Part shown: positions 17,452-26,489 of the stretch, piece by piece
Position numbering within the stretch: the first letter of the stretch is position 1
Layout of the letters: each line of letters starts with the position of its first letter
Origin: Acidimicrobiia bacterium
GTDB lineage: Bacteria; Actinomycetota; Acidimicrobiia; Spongiisociales; ZC4RG35
Direction: 5' to 3'
Assembly: GCA_012270885.1 (NCBI GenBank)
Contig: JAAXHN010000009.1
Span: 48,571 to 112,570, forward strand
Length of the DNA stretch: 64,000 bases
Position numbers and translations under genes: made by a program
Notes under the pieces: generated by a model
What the model saw: the letters and a program-made list of their open reading frames with translations, nothing else
Databases searched by the model: none
Told to the model about the DNA's origin: nothing

Positions 17452-18375
17452 ATGAGGCGCTTCGTTCTGGCAAGGCTGGCCCAGGCGGTCGTCTCCATCT
17501 TCGTCCTCATCACGGTGTTGTTCTTCCTGGTCCGGCTGACCGGGGATCCGGTGGAGAGGATGATTCCCCCCCAGGTGACCGAGGAGGTGGCCAACGACCT
17601 GAAGCGGGCGTACGGCCTGGACAAGCCTCTCATCGTTCAGTACGGGGTGTTCCTGGGAGGATTGGCGACGGGAGACCTGGGGACCTCACTGTATTTCCGG
17701 GGGCGCACCGTCAGCGAACTCCTGTCGCTTCGGATCCTGCCGAGCCTGGAGTTGTCGGTCTTCTCTATGCTGTTCGCCCTGCTGATTGCGTTGCCTCTGG
17801 GGGTCTATGCCGCCAAATACCGGGGGCGGGGCAGCGACTATGTGGCTCGGATCTTCTCCATCCTGGGAGGGGCGGCGCCGTCGTTCCTGGTGGGGCTGGT
17901 GATGCTGCGAATCTTCTCGGTGCAGTTGCAGTGGTTTCCAACCGGAGGGAGAGAGGGACTCCTCTCGGTGGTGCTGCCCACCTTTACCCTGGGGTGGTTC
18001 GTCTCGGCAGGCATCATGCGACTCACCCGCTCCTCCATGCTGGAATCCCTGTACGGGGACTATGTGAAGCTGGCTCGCATCAAGGGGGTGCGGGAGTCGG
18101 TCGTGATCTGGAAGCACGCCTTCAAGAACGCCGCCCTGCCGGTGATCACCTACGCAACGGTCATCTTCGCGGCCGTGATCGGCGGCGCCATCGTCACCGA
18201 GTACGTGTTCGCCTGGCCGGGTCTGGGGAGCCTCTTGATCAGAGCAGTGATCCAACGGGACTTCCCGGTCATCCAGGGAGCGGTGATCCTGATCGGGTCG
18301 GCCTTCGTGCTCTGCAACTTCCTGGCCGACCTGGCTTACGCATGGATCAACCCCAAGATCAGGTACACCCGATGA
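17452..18375 (+). CDS. ABC transporter permease, OppB/DppB type
   Basis: MRRFVLARLAQAVVSIFVL N-terminus and an EAA-like loop (DYVKLARIKGVRE). Confidence 0.85.
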   Translation: MRRFVLARLAQAVVSIFVLITVLFFLVRLTGDPVERMIPPQVTEEVANDLKRAYGLDKPLIVQYGVFLGGLATGDLGTSLYFRGRTVSELLSLRILPSLELSVFSMLFALLIALPLGVYAAKYRGRGSDYVARIFSILGGAAPSFLVGLVMLRIFSVQLQWFPTGGREGLLSVVLPTFTLGWFVSAGIMRLTRSSMLESLYGDYVKLARIKGVRESVVIWKHAFKNAALPVITYATVIFAAVIGGAIVTEYVFAWPGLGSLLIRAVIQRDFPVIQGAVILIGSAFVLCNFLADLAYAWINPKIRYTR

Positions 18376-19271
18376 CCACCACTGCGTCCGATTCGGGAGC
18401 GCCCCAGGCGGAAGAGCCGAGAGTGAAGGTGCGGGGGGCGGCCACCACCATCCGATTCCCCTTTGTCTCCATGGTGGTGCTGGCGCTGGTAGTGCTGGTG
18501 GCGGTCTTCGCCCCTCTGATCGCCCCTCACGATCCGGAGGTGGGACAACTCTCCAACAAGCTGATCCCGCCCGTGTGGCAGGAGGGAGGCCGAAGCGACT
18601 TTCTGCTGGGCACTGACACACTGGGCCGTGACATCTTCACCCGCATCCTCTATGGCGCCCGGGTCTCATTGATGGTGGCGATCCTGGCCACCGGGCTGGC
18701 CGGGGTGCTGGGGACCATAGTGGGTCTGATCGCCGGCTTCTACCGGGGATGGGTGGAGATCCTCCTGATGAGGATCACCGACATGACCCTGGCGCTACCT
18801 CTGATGCTGATGGCCATCGTGCTGGTGGCCCTGCTGGGGGCCAGCCTCACCAACGTGCTCCTGGTGATCGTGATCCTGCTGTGGCCCTACTACGCGAGGC
18901 AGATCCGCGGCGAGGCCCTGGCGATAAGCGAGGAGGACTTCATCGACCTCGCCCGGGTGGCGGGTCTCTCCAATCCCCGCATCCTCTGGAGACACATCCT
19001 CCCCAACGTGATGCCCACCATCGGCGTGCTAGCCACCCTGCAGGTGGCGCTGATCATTCTCCTCGAAGCCTCCCTCAGCTTCCTGGGGGTGGGTATCCCG
19101 CCTCCCACGCCCGCATGGGGGTTGATGGTGGCCGACGGGCGGGACATCCTGGGCCGGGCCTGGTGGGTCTCGATCATCCCCGGGATCGCCATTTTCGGAG
19201 TGGTGCTGGCCGCCAACCTTCTCGGGGACTGGGTGAGGGACCGTTTCGACCCCAAGCTGCGGCAGTTGTAG
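18372..19271 (+). CDS. ABC transporter permease, OppC/DppC type
   Basis: ATG 18372 overlaps the upstream stop (ATGA). It has LLGTDTLGRDIFTRILYGARVSL and FIDLARVAGLSNPRILWRHILPN. Confidence 0.85.
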   Translation: MTTTASDSGAPQAEEPRVKVRGAATTIRFPFVSMVVLALVVLVAVFAPLIAPHDPEVGQLSNKLIPPVWQEGGRSDFLLGTDTLGRDIFTRILYGARVSLMVAILATGLAGVLGTIVGLIAGFYRGWVEILLMRITDMTLALPLMLMAIVLVALLGASLTNVLLVIVILLWPYYARQIRGEALAISEEDFIDLARVAGLSNPRILWRHILPNVMPTIGVLATLQVALIILLEASLSFLGVGIPPPTPAWGLMVADGRDILGRAWWVSIIPGIAIFGVVLAANLLGDWVRDRFDPKLRQL

Positions 19272-19273
19272 CC

Positions 19274-20263
19274 ATGTTGCTGGAAGTAGAGGACCTGCGC
19301 GTCCAGTTCCACACCCGTCGAGGAGTGGTGAAGGCGGTGGATGGGGTGAGTTTCTCCCTCGACCGGGGGGAAACTCTGGGACTGGTGGGAGAGTCCGGCT
19401 CGGGAAAGAGCGTGAGTTGCATGGCGCTGATGCGACTGGTGGAAGCGCCTGCCGGGCGCATCGTCGGAGGGAGCGTCCGCTTGGACGGAGAGGAGTTGTT
19501 GGACCTCTCCGAGCGGGAGATGAGACAGATCAGAGGGGGCCAGATCTCCCTGATCCTCCAGGATCCCCTCAGTTCCCTGAACCCCGGATACACGGTGGGC
19601 AACCAGGTGGCCGAGGCGATCCGCATCCACCAGGGACTGCGGGGAAGGGCACTGCGGGACAGCGTCGTCGAGATCCTCAGCCAGGTGGGCATCCCCCAGG
19701 CGGAGCGGCGCCTTAAGCAGTACCCGCACCAGATGTCGGGCGGGATGCGCCAGCGGGTGGCGGGCGCCATCGCCCTATCGTGCCGTCCCTCGCTTCTGAT
19801 CGCGGACGAACCCACCACGTCCCTGGACGCGACCGTCCAGGCCCAGTACCTGCGGCTACTGTCGGAGTTGCAGCAGGAGTTCCGGTTCGGGATGATCTTC
19901 GTCACCCACGACCTGGGAATAGTCGCCCGGCTGTGTGACCGGGTGGCGGTCATGTACGCGGGTCGGATCGTCGAGACGGGGAGCACCCGCCAGATTTTCA
20001 ACGAGCCCGCCCATCCCTACGCCAAGGCGCTGCTGGCGACCCTTCCCAGCCTGGAGTCGCGCAAGAAGCGACTGCTGACGGTGAGCGGGCAGCCTCCCCT
20101 TGCCATCGATCTCCCCCCGGGTTGCTCCTTCGCTCCCCGGTGCCCGGAGGTGATGGATGTCTGCCGGGAGGAGTTTCCCGGCGAAGCCACCACGGGCGAC
20201 CTCCATCGGGTGCTTTGCTGGCTGCACTCGGCGTCCGCAGAAATGTCGCTGCCTGCGCGGTAA
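19274..20263 (+). CDS. ABC transporter ATP-binding protein, OppD/DppD type
   Basis: MLLEVEDLRVQF, Walker A GESGSGKS, signature MSGGMRQR and Walker B LIADEPTT. Confidence 0.85.
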   Translation: MLLEVEDLRVQFHTRRGVVKAVDGVSFSLDRGETLGLVGESGSGKSVSCMALMRLVEAPAGRIVGGSVRLDGEELLDLSEREMRQIRGGQISLILQDPLSSLNPGYTVGNQVAEAIRIHQGLRGRALRDSVVEILSQVGIPQAERRLKQYPHQMSGGMRQRVAGAIALSCRPSLLIADEPTTSLDATVQAQYLRLLSELQQEFRFGMIFVTHDLGIVARLCDRVAVMYAGRIVETGSTRQIFNEPAHPYAKALLATLPSLESRKKRLLTVSGQPPLAIDLPPGCSFAPRCPEVMDVCREEFPGEATTGDLHRVLCWLHSASAEMSLPAR

Positions 20264-20301
20264 TCGAGGTAGTTCTGCAGCCGTTTCCCGAAACGCTTGA
20301 C

Positions 20302-21414
20302 ATGGGGCCCGCGGAAGAGGATCTCCGCACCGAGCTCCGCGCTTGGATCGCCGATCACGATCCGGGCCCGCCCCCCGCCGAGTACGGGGCGCGCATCCAG
20401 GCATTGACAAGCTGGCAGGCCGCTCTGTGCGAGGCCGGTTTCATGGGACTCTCCTGGCCGGTGCGATACGGGGGGCGCGGGATGTCCCTCGCCGCCGAGG
20501 CCGTGGTGGCCGAGGAACTGGCCCGGAGCGGCGCCGCGGAACTGATCAACCGGCTAGCCCTCTACACCTGGGGACCCACCCTGATGGACATGGGCGAGCC
20601 CTCCCAGTTGCGGCGGTTCCTGCCCGGGATGCTGGACGCCTCGGAACTATGGTGCCAGGGGTTTTCCGAGCCCGACGCCGGCTCGGACCTGGCCGGTGTC
20701 CGGACCCGAGCGGAGGTGGACGGCGACGAGTTGGTGGTCACCGGCCAGAAGGTGTGGACCTCCCGCGCCGAGTTGTCAACCTGGAACGCCCTCCTGGTGC
20801 GGACCGGCGGGGAGCCCGGGCAGCATCGTGGGCTCACCCTGCTGATCACCGACATGAAAAGCGACGGGATCACCATCCGCTCCCTGCCCCAGATGCTTGG
20901 CGAGCCGCACTTCAGCGAGGTGTTTTTCGACGAGGTGCGGGTCCCGGTCACCAACGTGCTGGGCGGCATCAACGAGGGATGGCGGGTCTCGATGAAGGCG
21001 ATGGGGTATGAGCGGGGGATCTTCGTGCTGGAGCGTTCGATCCGGCTGCGGAGAAGGCTGTCGGAACTGGCGGCGCGGGTCCGGGCATCGGGAGCCGCCG
21101 ACCGGGCCGCCCTGGCCGGAATCGGACGCATCCACGCATCCTTGGAGATGCTCACTGCCCAGGCTTACCGGACCCTCGCCCATCAGCAAGCCGGGACGCT
21201 GCTCCCCGGAGCCACCTCGGTGGACAAACTTTATCTGGCCGAGGTCTACCAGGACCTGTTCGGCACCGCGGCCGAGATCCTGGGACCGGAGGTGACGCTG
21301 GCCGACGACGGCTGGACACATGACCTCCTGGAGTCCCGCTCGGTGAGCATCTATTCGGGTACATCCGAGATCCAGAAGAACATCATCGTCGGTCGTCTCC
21401 TGGGGATCAGATGA
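20302..21414 (+). CDS. acyl-CoA dehydrogenase (alpha-type partner)
   Basis: CQGFSEPDAGSDLAGVRTRAEVDGDELVVTGQKVWTS. ATG 20302 was chosen. Confidence 0.85.
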   Translation: MGPAEEDLRTELRAWIADHDPGPPPAEYGARIQALTSWQAALCEAGFMGLSWPVRYGGRGMSLAAEAVVAEELARSGAAELINRLALYTWGPTLMDMGEPSQLRRFLPGMLDASELWCQGFSEPDAGSDLAGVRTRAEVDGDELVVTGQKVWTSRAELSTWNALLVRTGGEPGQHRGLTLLITDMKSDGITIRSLPQMLGEPHFSEVFFDEVRVPVTNVLGGINEGWRVSMKAMGYERGIFVLERSIRLRRRLSELAARVRASGAADRAALAGIGRIHASLEMLTAQAYRTLAHQQAGTLLPGATSVDKLYLAEVYQDLFGTAAEILGPEVTLADDGWTHDLLESRSVSIYSGTSEIQKNIIVGRLLGIR

Positions 21415-22433
21415 GCGATCTCGCCGCGGCCTTCCACCAGGCCCTGGGGGAGTTGCTCCCATTCTCGGAAGCGCTGGACCGGGCCAGGGAGTTCCGGTCG
21501 CTGTCTCCCCGAGTACGAGCGGAGATAGTCGGTATGGGTTGGAACGGGCTGCTGACGCCCCAGGAGGCCGGTGGTTTGGGGTTGAGGGTCGGGGAGGTCA
21601 TTGACTTGTGCGCGGTGGCCGGTGAGCACCTCCTGCCCGTGGCGCTGCTGGACGAGTCGCTGCTCTTGGCGCCGGCCCTGGCCGCGGCCGGCCACTCCGG
21701 TCTGGCGGGGGTTGTGGAGGGTGAGGTGGCCGGGGGAGCGGGATACGTCACCGAAGGATCGGGGGATGTGGATGCCGGCGGGATGCTGACGGTCTCCGGG
21801 GTGGGAGTGAGGCTTTCGCCGGGAGCCAGGCTAGCGGCGCTCTGCCATCCTCGCTGGACGGCAGTGATCTCCCTCGAGGACCCGCGTGTGCGCCTGGAGC
21901 GGGCCGACGCCCTGGACCGGGGCCAGGGCGTTCATACCCTGTCGGCCTCGGATGTCCAGCTCGAGGTGATGCTGGATAGCTGGACCGACGGTGGGGCCGT
22001 GGCTGCCGGATGGCTGGCGGGGCTCCTGGCCGACCTGGTGGGCGGGGCGGAGCGGATCATGACGCTGTCGGTCTCCCATGCCCGCAGCCGCCAGCAGTTC
22101 GGACGCCCTCTCACCCGTTTCCAGGCGGTGACGCACCTCCTGGCTGAGATGAAAGCACGTTTGGAGTTGATGCGCTCGGCCGTGGCCCGGCTGGCCTTCC
22201 TGATGGATGAAGGCTCCGGGGACCCCGGGTTCCTGGCGGGACTGCTCTGGTCGGTCCCCGCCTATGCGCGGGAGGTGTGCGAGTCTGCCATCCAAGTGCA
22301 CGGCGGGATCGGATTCACCTGGGAGTACGGCCTCCACCTCTACTACCGCAGAATTCTCTCTCTCCAATCGATGCTGGGCGGCGCCCTGAACACCGCAGCC
22401 CAAGCCGGCCGGGCCTACATGGACGTCGGCTAG
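21411..22433 (+). CDS. acyl-CoA dehydrogenase-like protein (beta-type partner lacking the SEPxAGSD motif)
   Basis: Its start overlaps the upstream ACAD's stop. The C-terminal ACAD domain is HARSRQQFGRPLTRFQAVTHLLAEM ... IQVHGGIGFTWEY. Confidence 0.7.
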   Translation: MSDLAAAFHQALGELLPFSEALDRAREFRSLSPRVRAEIVGMGWNGLLTPQEAGGLGLRVGEVIDLCAVAGEHLLPVALLDESLLLAPALAAAGHSGLAGVVEGEVAGGAGYVTEGSGDVDAGGMLTVSGVGVRLSPGARLAALCHPRWTAVISLEDPRVRLERADALDRGQGVHTLSASDVQLEVMLDSWTDGGAVAAGWLAGLLADLVGGAERIMTLSVSHARSRQQFGRPLTRFQAVTHLLAEMKARLELMRSAVARLAFLMDEGSGDPGFLAGLLWSVPAYAREVCESAIQVHGGIGFTWEYGLHLYYRRILSLQSMLGGALNTAAQAGRAYMDVG

Positions 22434-22601
22434 GGTGAACTCCTATGTCCTGTCGCGGTGTCGGGGCGACGCCTACCGCAGCCTGTGAATAAAGCGATAG
22501 GGACTAAGAAATCTTCGCGCTTATGTGATTATTGGGGTGGGAGGGAAAAGAAATGGCGTGCGGGCACAGTCTCAGTCTCCAACCCGTGGAGGACAACACC
22601 A

Positions 22602-22896
22602 CTAGCCCAGGATCAGACTCAACGCCGCCACCGCGATGCCGACCATGGCAATGGTCGTGCCGCCCAGCCACTTGATCAACTCGAGTTTCAGGTCTCTCAG
22701 ATCTGCCCGGACTTCTGCCCGCAGAAGGTCCAGATCCGCCCGCCACTCCGTCCGTAGGAGATCCAGATCTGCTTTGGTCGCCAGTCCGGCACGCCCTGCC
22801 ATGACAGTGCCAACCACCGCCTCAGCCTGGGGGTTCTTCGAATCCGGCGCCCACGAGATTCTTCACCTCTCTATGAGTATCTACGTTTGTTGCCAT
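22602..22896 (-). pseudogene. DUF1640-family small coiled-coil, C-terminally membrane-anchored protein, with the frame broken at a C5 (plus-strand G5) run
   Basis: ATG 22896 opens MATNVDTHREVKNLVGAGFEEPPG*. The annotated 71-aa ORF (22602-22817) continues in another frame. Removing one base of the run at 22829-22833 gives ...GFEEPQAEAVVGTVMAGRAGLATKADLDLLR..., a typical full-length DUF1640 of about 97 aa. Confidence 0.55.
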
Positions 22897-22997
22897 CTTA
22901 CGTCGTCCCCTTTCCCGGCTGGCTCCCGAGTACTCCACTGCACCGCACCCCCAACCGCGGGAGTATGTGATCACTATACATCGGCGCACGCCACAAG

Positions 22998-23016
22998 GCC
23001 CGGGAACGACCGGGCC
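22998..23016 (-). terminator. GC hairpin just after the enoyl-CoA hydratase stop
   Basis: The sequence is ggcccgg-gaacga-ccgggcc (7-bp stem). The downstream T-tract is poor (TTGTGG). Confidence 0.25.
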
Positions 23017-23022
23017 GAGTGG

Positions 23023-23814
23023 TCAGCGGCCTTTGAAGTTGGGGGGCCGCCTCTCGGCGATGGCCCGGAGGGCTTCGTCGTGGTCGTCGGACAGGAAGGT
23101 AAAAAGCTCCCATCCTGCCGCCGAGTCGAAGGCCACGTTCAGCGCGTCCTTTATCAGCTTGTTGACGGCCATCTTGGTGAAGCGGATGGCCAGGGGAGCA
23201 CCTCGGGCGAGCCGTTCTGCAAATGCGACGGCCTCGGGGAGAAGTTGGTCGGGAGGAAACACCCTGTTCACGAGCCCGATCCGCTCCGCCTCTTCTGCGG
23301 AGAGGGGATCCCCTGTCATCAGGTACTCCTTGGCGCGGGCCGGGCCCACCAGAAGCGGCCAGATGGCGGTGCCCCCGTCTCCCGCCACCAGGCCCACCCG
23401 GACGTGGGGATCGGAGATGACGGCGTCGGCGGACATGAAAATCACATCGCACAACAGGGCTATGGAGGCACCCAGGCCCACCGCCGGGCCGTTGACGGCG
23501 GCGATGATGGGGATCTCTATATCCACCAGGTCCCAGATGAGCTGCTTGGCGTCCCGGCGGAGATGATCCAGGGTCTCTGTGTCCCGCAGAGTCGGGAACC
23601 ATCCGAAGTCCCCGCCCGCCGAGAACGCCCGCCCTCTGCCGGTGAGGATCGCCACCCGGGCCTCGTCTTCTCGCTTCAGCATCCTGAACAGGGCGGTCAG
23701 GTCCTCGTGGAGTTGGCCGTCCACGGTGTTGAGAGGCGAACGGGGGTTATCTATGACGGCGGTCAGCACATCTCCTGTACGCTGGATACCGATGGTGGGT
23801 AATTGGCGTTCCAT
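23023..23814 (-). CDS. enoyl-CoA hydratase/isomerase (crotonase) family protein
   Basis: LTGRGRAFSAGGDFGWF ... IAAVNGPAVGLGASIAL. Confidence 0.85.
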   Translation of the reverse strand: MERQLPTIGIQRTGDVLTAVIDNPRSPLNTVDGQLHEDLTALFRMLKREDEARVAILTGRGRAFSAGGDFGWFPTLRDTETLDHLRRDAKQLIWDLVDIEIPIIAAVNGPAVGLGASIALLCDVIFMSADAVISDPHVRVGLVAGDGGTAIWPLLVGPARAKEYLMTGDPLSAEEAERIGLVNRVFPPDQLLPEAVAFAERLARGAPLAIRFTKMAVNKLIKDALNVAFDSAAGWELFTFLSDDHDEALRAIAERRPPNFKGR

Positions 23815-23913
23815 GTCGCTCCTTGACGGACAACTGCCAGGCTACTCCGTCGACGGGCTGAGTTTCGAAGACGCACCCCGCGCCGTGCCGTTCATGCCCG
23901 AAAAGAGGACGTG

Positions 23914-25269
23914 ATGTTCGAGTCCCTCACCGAGAGATTCTCGTCCATATTTACCCGCCTCAACCGAAAGGGCCGGCTCTCGCAAGCAGACTTGCGATCG
24001 GCGCTCCGGGAGGTGCGCCTGGCCCTGCTGGAAGCAGACGTCAACATTCACGTGGTCAACAGTCTCTGCGAACGGATCGGCAGGAGAGGCCGGGGTGCGG
24101 AGGTGTCGAAGAGCCTCACACCCGGCCAGCAGGTGATCAAGATCGTCCACTCCGAGTTGGTCAAGACCCTGGGTGAGACGCCCGCGCCCCTGGTGGTGAA
24201 GGGATCTCCGCTAACCGTGATGGTGGTAGGCCTCCAGGGGTCGGGAAAGACCACAACTGCCGCCAAGCTGGCGCTTCACCTGCGGGAGAAGTACCAGAAG
24301 CGGCCTCTCCTGGTGGCCGCTGACCTGCAGCGCCCTGCCGCGGTCGAGCAGTTGGTCACGCTCGGAGAAAGAGCGGGGGTGGCCGTCTATCAGGAGCCGG
24401 AGGAGTCCGGTCCCCAGCGAGTGGTGCGGGCCGGTCTGCGATACGCGCGCGGCAAGGGCAACGACGCGGTGGTGATAGACACCGCCGGTCGGCTGCAGAT
24501 CGATCAACGGCTGATGAACGAACTGGCCGCCATGGCCGAGATCGCACATCCCCAGGAGACGCTGCTGGTGGTGGACGCCATGACCGGCCAGGACGCGGTC
24601 ACGGTGGCGCAGGGGTTCGCGGAACGGGTGGACCTGACCGGGATCGTCCTCTCCAAGGTGGATGGAGACGCCCGGGGCGGGGCGGCCATCTCGGTCAGTG
24701 AGGCCACCGGGCAGAGGGTCAAGCTGGTGGGAGAGGGAGAGGAGTTGTCGGCACTCTCGGTGTTCCATCCCGACCGCATGGCGTCCCGGATCCTGGGGAT
24801 GGGAGACGTGCTCACCCTGATAGAGAAGGCCGAAGCCGTGACCCCCCGGGCGGATGCGGAGAAGTTCGTCCGGGCCGCTACCACGCAGAGTCTCGGCCTC
24901 GACGACTTCTTGGAGCAACTTCACAGCCTGGGTCGGATGGGGGGAATGGACGCGGTTCTTGCTATGATGCCCGGTGGGGCCCGATCAGGCATCGCCGGGT
25001 TGAGCGATGACGAAATGCGCCGCACTGTGGGGATCATCCACTCGATGACCCCCGAGGAACGGCGCAGTCCCAAGTTGATCACCGGTAGCCGTCGGCGCCG
25101 GATCGCTTCGGGGTCGGGCACCACCGTTACGGCGGTGAACCGGTTGCTGAAGAGGTTCGCCGATACCCAGAAAATGATGAACATGCTGTCCGGAAGGGGG
25201 AAGTTTCCCGGAATGGGAATGGAAGGGCTTCTCCAGCCGGCCAGGACCCGACGACGACGCAAGAGGTGA
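23914..25269 (+). CDS. ffh: signal recognition particle protein
   Basis: MFESLTERF..., the GTPase motifs GLQGSGKTTT, DTAGR and SKVDGD, an M-domain and a basic tail. Confidence 0.95.
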   Translation: MFESLTERFSSIFTRLNRKGRLSQADLRSALREVRLALLEADVNIHVVNSLCERIGRRGRGAEVSKSLTPGQQVIKIVHSELVKTLGETPAPLVVKGSPLTVMVVGLQGSGKTTTAAKLALHLREKYQKRPLLVAADLQRPAAVEQLVTLGERAGVAVYQEPEESGPQRVVRAGLRYARGKGNDAVVIDTAGRLQIDQRLMNELAAMAEIAHPQETLLVVDAMTGQDAVTVAQGFAERVDLTGIVLSKVDGDARGGAAISVSEATGQRVKLVGEGEELSALSVFHPDRMASRILGMGDVLTLIEKAEAVTPRADAEKFVRAATTQSLGLDDFLEQLHSLGRMGGMDAVLAMMPGGARSGIAGLSDDEMRRTVGIIHSMTPEERRSPKLITGSRRRRIASGSGTTVTAVNRLLKRFADTQKMMNMLSGRGKFPGMGMEGLLQPARTRRRRKR

Positions 25270-25275
25270 AATGAC

Positions 25276-25659
25276 ATGGCGGTACGCATCCGTCTTATGA
25301 GGATGGGGAAGAAGAAGACGCCCAGCTACCGGGTGGTGGTGACCGATGGCCGGAAGCCCCGCGACGGGCGATACATAGAACAGATCGGCCGTTACGATCC
25401 CCTGGCCGAGCCGTCGCTGATCGAGATCGAAAACGACCGGGCGGTGGACTGGCTGGTGAAGGGGGCCCAGCCGTCTGATCGCGTCCGCAAGCTGATGGAG
25501 ATCTCCGGCGCATGGACCCGTTACCGCGTGACGGCGGGCAAGGCGCATCGAGTCAGTGACGAGACATCTGCCGCGGCGCCGGACCCCGGTTCCGCCTCCG
25601 GTGAGGCGGAGGCTTCCATGGAGAGACCGGTGGCAGCCGCCGAGACGCCGGCGTCCTGA
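25276..25659 (+). CDS. rpsP: 30S ribosomal protein S16 (with C-terminal extension)
   Basis: [24 protein letters not shown]. Confidence 0.95.
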   Translation: MAVRIRLMRMGKKKTPSYRVVVTDGRKPRDGRYIEQIGRYDPLAEPSLIEIENDRAVDWLVKGAQPSDRVRKLMEISGAWTRYRVTAGKAHRVSDETSAAAPDPGSASGEAEASMERPVAAAETPAS

Positions 25660-25664
25660 GCAAG

Positions 25665-25919
25665 ATGGCTATGAGCGACACCGAGAGGGTGGAACGGCTG
25701 GTCGGATACCTGGTCAGAGAGATCGTCGAGCGGCCCTCGGAGGTAACCGTGACAATGGTCAAGAACCGGCCGAGGCGGGTGCTGGCCGAGGTCCGGGCCG
25801 CCAAGCAGGACATGGGGCGGTTGATCGGTCGTCGGGGGAGGACCGCCAACGCCATACGCACCCTGGCTCAACTGGTCTGTGACGATGACTGGATTGTCGA
25901 GATCGAATTTCTCGACTGA
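25665..25919 (+). CDS. KH-domain RNA-binding protein (YlqC/UPF0109 family)
   Basis: It lies in the conserved position between rpsP and rimM, and carries MGRLIGRRGRTANAIRTL. Confidence 0.8.
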   Translation: MAMSDTERVERLVGYLVREIVERPSEVTVTMVKNRPRRVLAEVRAAKQDMGRLIGRRGRTANAIRTLAQLVCDDDWIVEIEFLD

Positions 25920-25923
25920 CCAG

Positions 25924-26406
25924 GTGGTGGTCGGACGGGTGGGGCGCCCGCACGGATTGGACGGCGCCCTATATGTGTGGCCGGACACTGATGATCCCCG
26001 CCGTTTCGAGTCCGGAGCAAGGGTCATGGTGGCGGGAAGGGGAGCTTTGGAAGTGGAGAGGACCCGCATCCACCTGGACAGACTGCTGGTCAAATTTGTG
26101 GAGGTGTCCGACCGGACATCAGCCGAGAGGCTGCGGGGCGCCGAGATCTACATCGAGGAGCGCCAACGTCGACCGCTGGGATCGGAGGAATTCTGGCCTG
26201 ATGAACTGGAGGGACTGGAAGTCAGGACGCCGACAGGGCAGACGGTGGGGACGGTGAGGGGAGTGGAGTGGTCCGACGCCCAGAGCCGGCTGGTGATCGA
26301 GACCGAATCCGGGTTGCGGGAGGTTCCCTTCGTGGACGAACTCGTGCCGTCCGTGAATCTTCCCGACGGATACCTGACCCTCGTGGACATTCCCGGATTG
26401 CTCTAG
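25924..26406 (+). CDS. rimM: ribosome maturation factor RimM
   Basis: VVVGRVGRPHGLDGALYV ... a PRC-barrel C-terminus. GTG 25924 is preferred over ATG 25879, which overlaps the KH gene. Confidence 0.85.
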   Translation: MVVGRVGRPHGLDGALYVWPDTDDPRRFESGARVMVAGRGALEVERTRIHLDRLLVKFVEVSDRTSAERLRGAEIYIEERQRRPLGSEEFWPDELEGLEVRTPTGQTVGTVRGVEWSDAQSRLVIETESGLREVPFVDELVPSVNLPDGYLTLVDIPGLL

Positions 26407-26489
26407 CGCGTCTTTGCCCCCCGGTGGGCTTAGCACCCTACGGGGTTCGGTGCGCCGGCCGGCCGTTGTTGCTTCCCAGGGCGGTGCTT

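Noticed and set aside
20282-20295. Small palindrome cgtttc-cc-gaaacg just upstream of the ACAD pair
   Set aside because: It has only 6-bp arms, too short to distinguish from chance without evidence of recurrence or conservation.
22831-22850. tRNA T-loop-like string (ggttcttcgaatcc)
   Set aside because: It lies inside the DUF1640 coding sequence. It differs from GGTTCGAATCC, and no acceptor or anticodon stems can be drawn around it.
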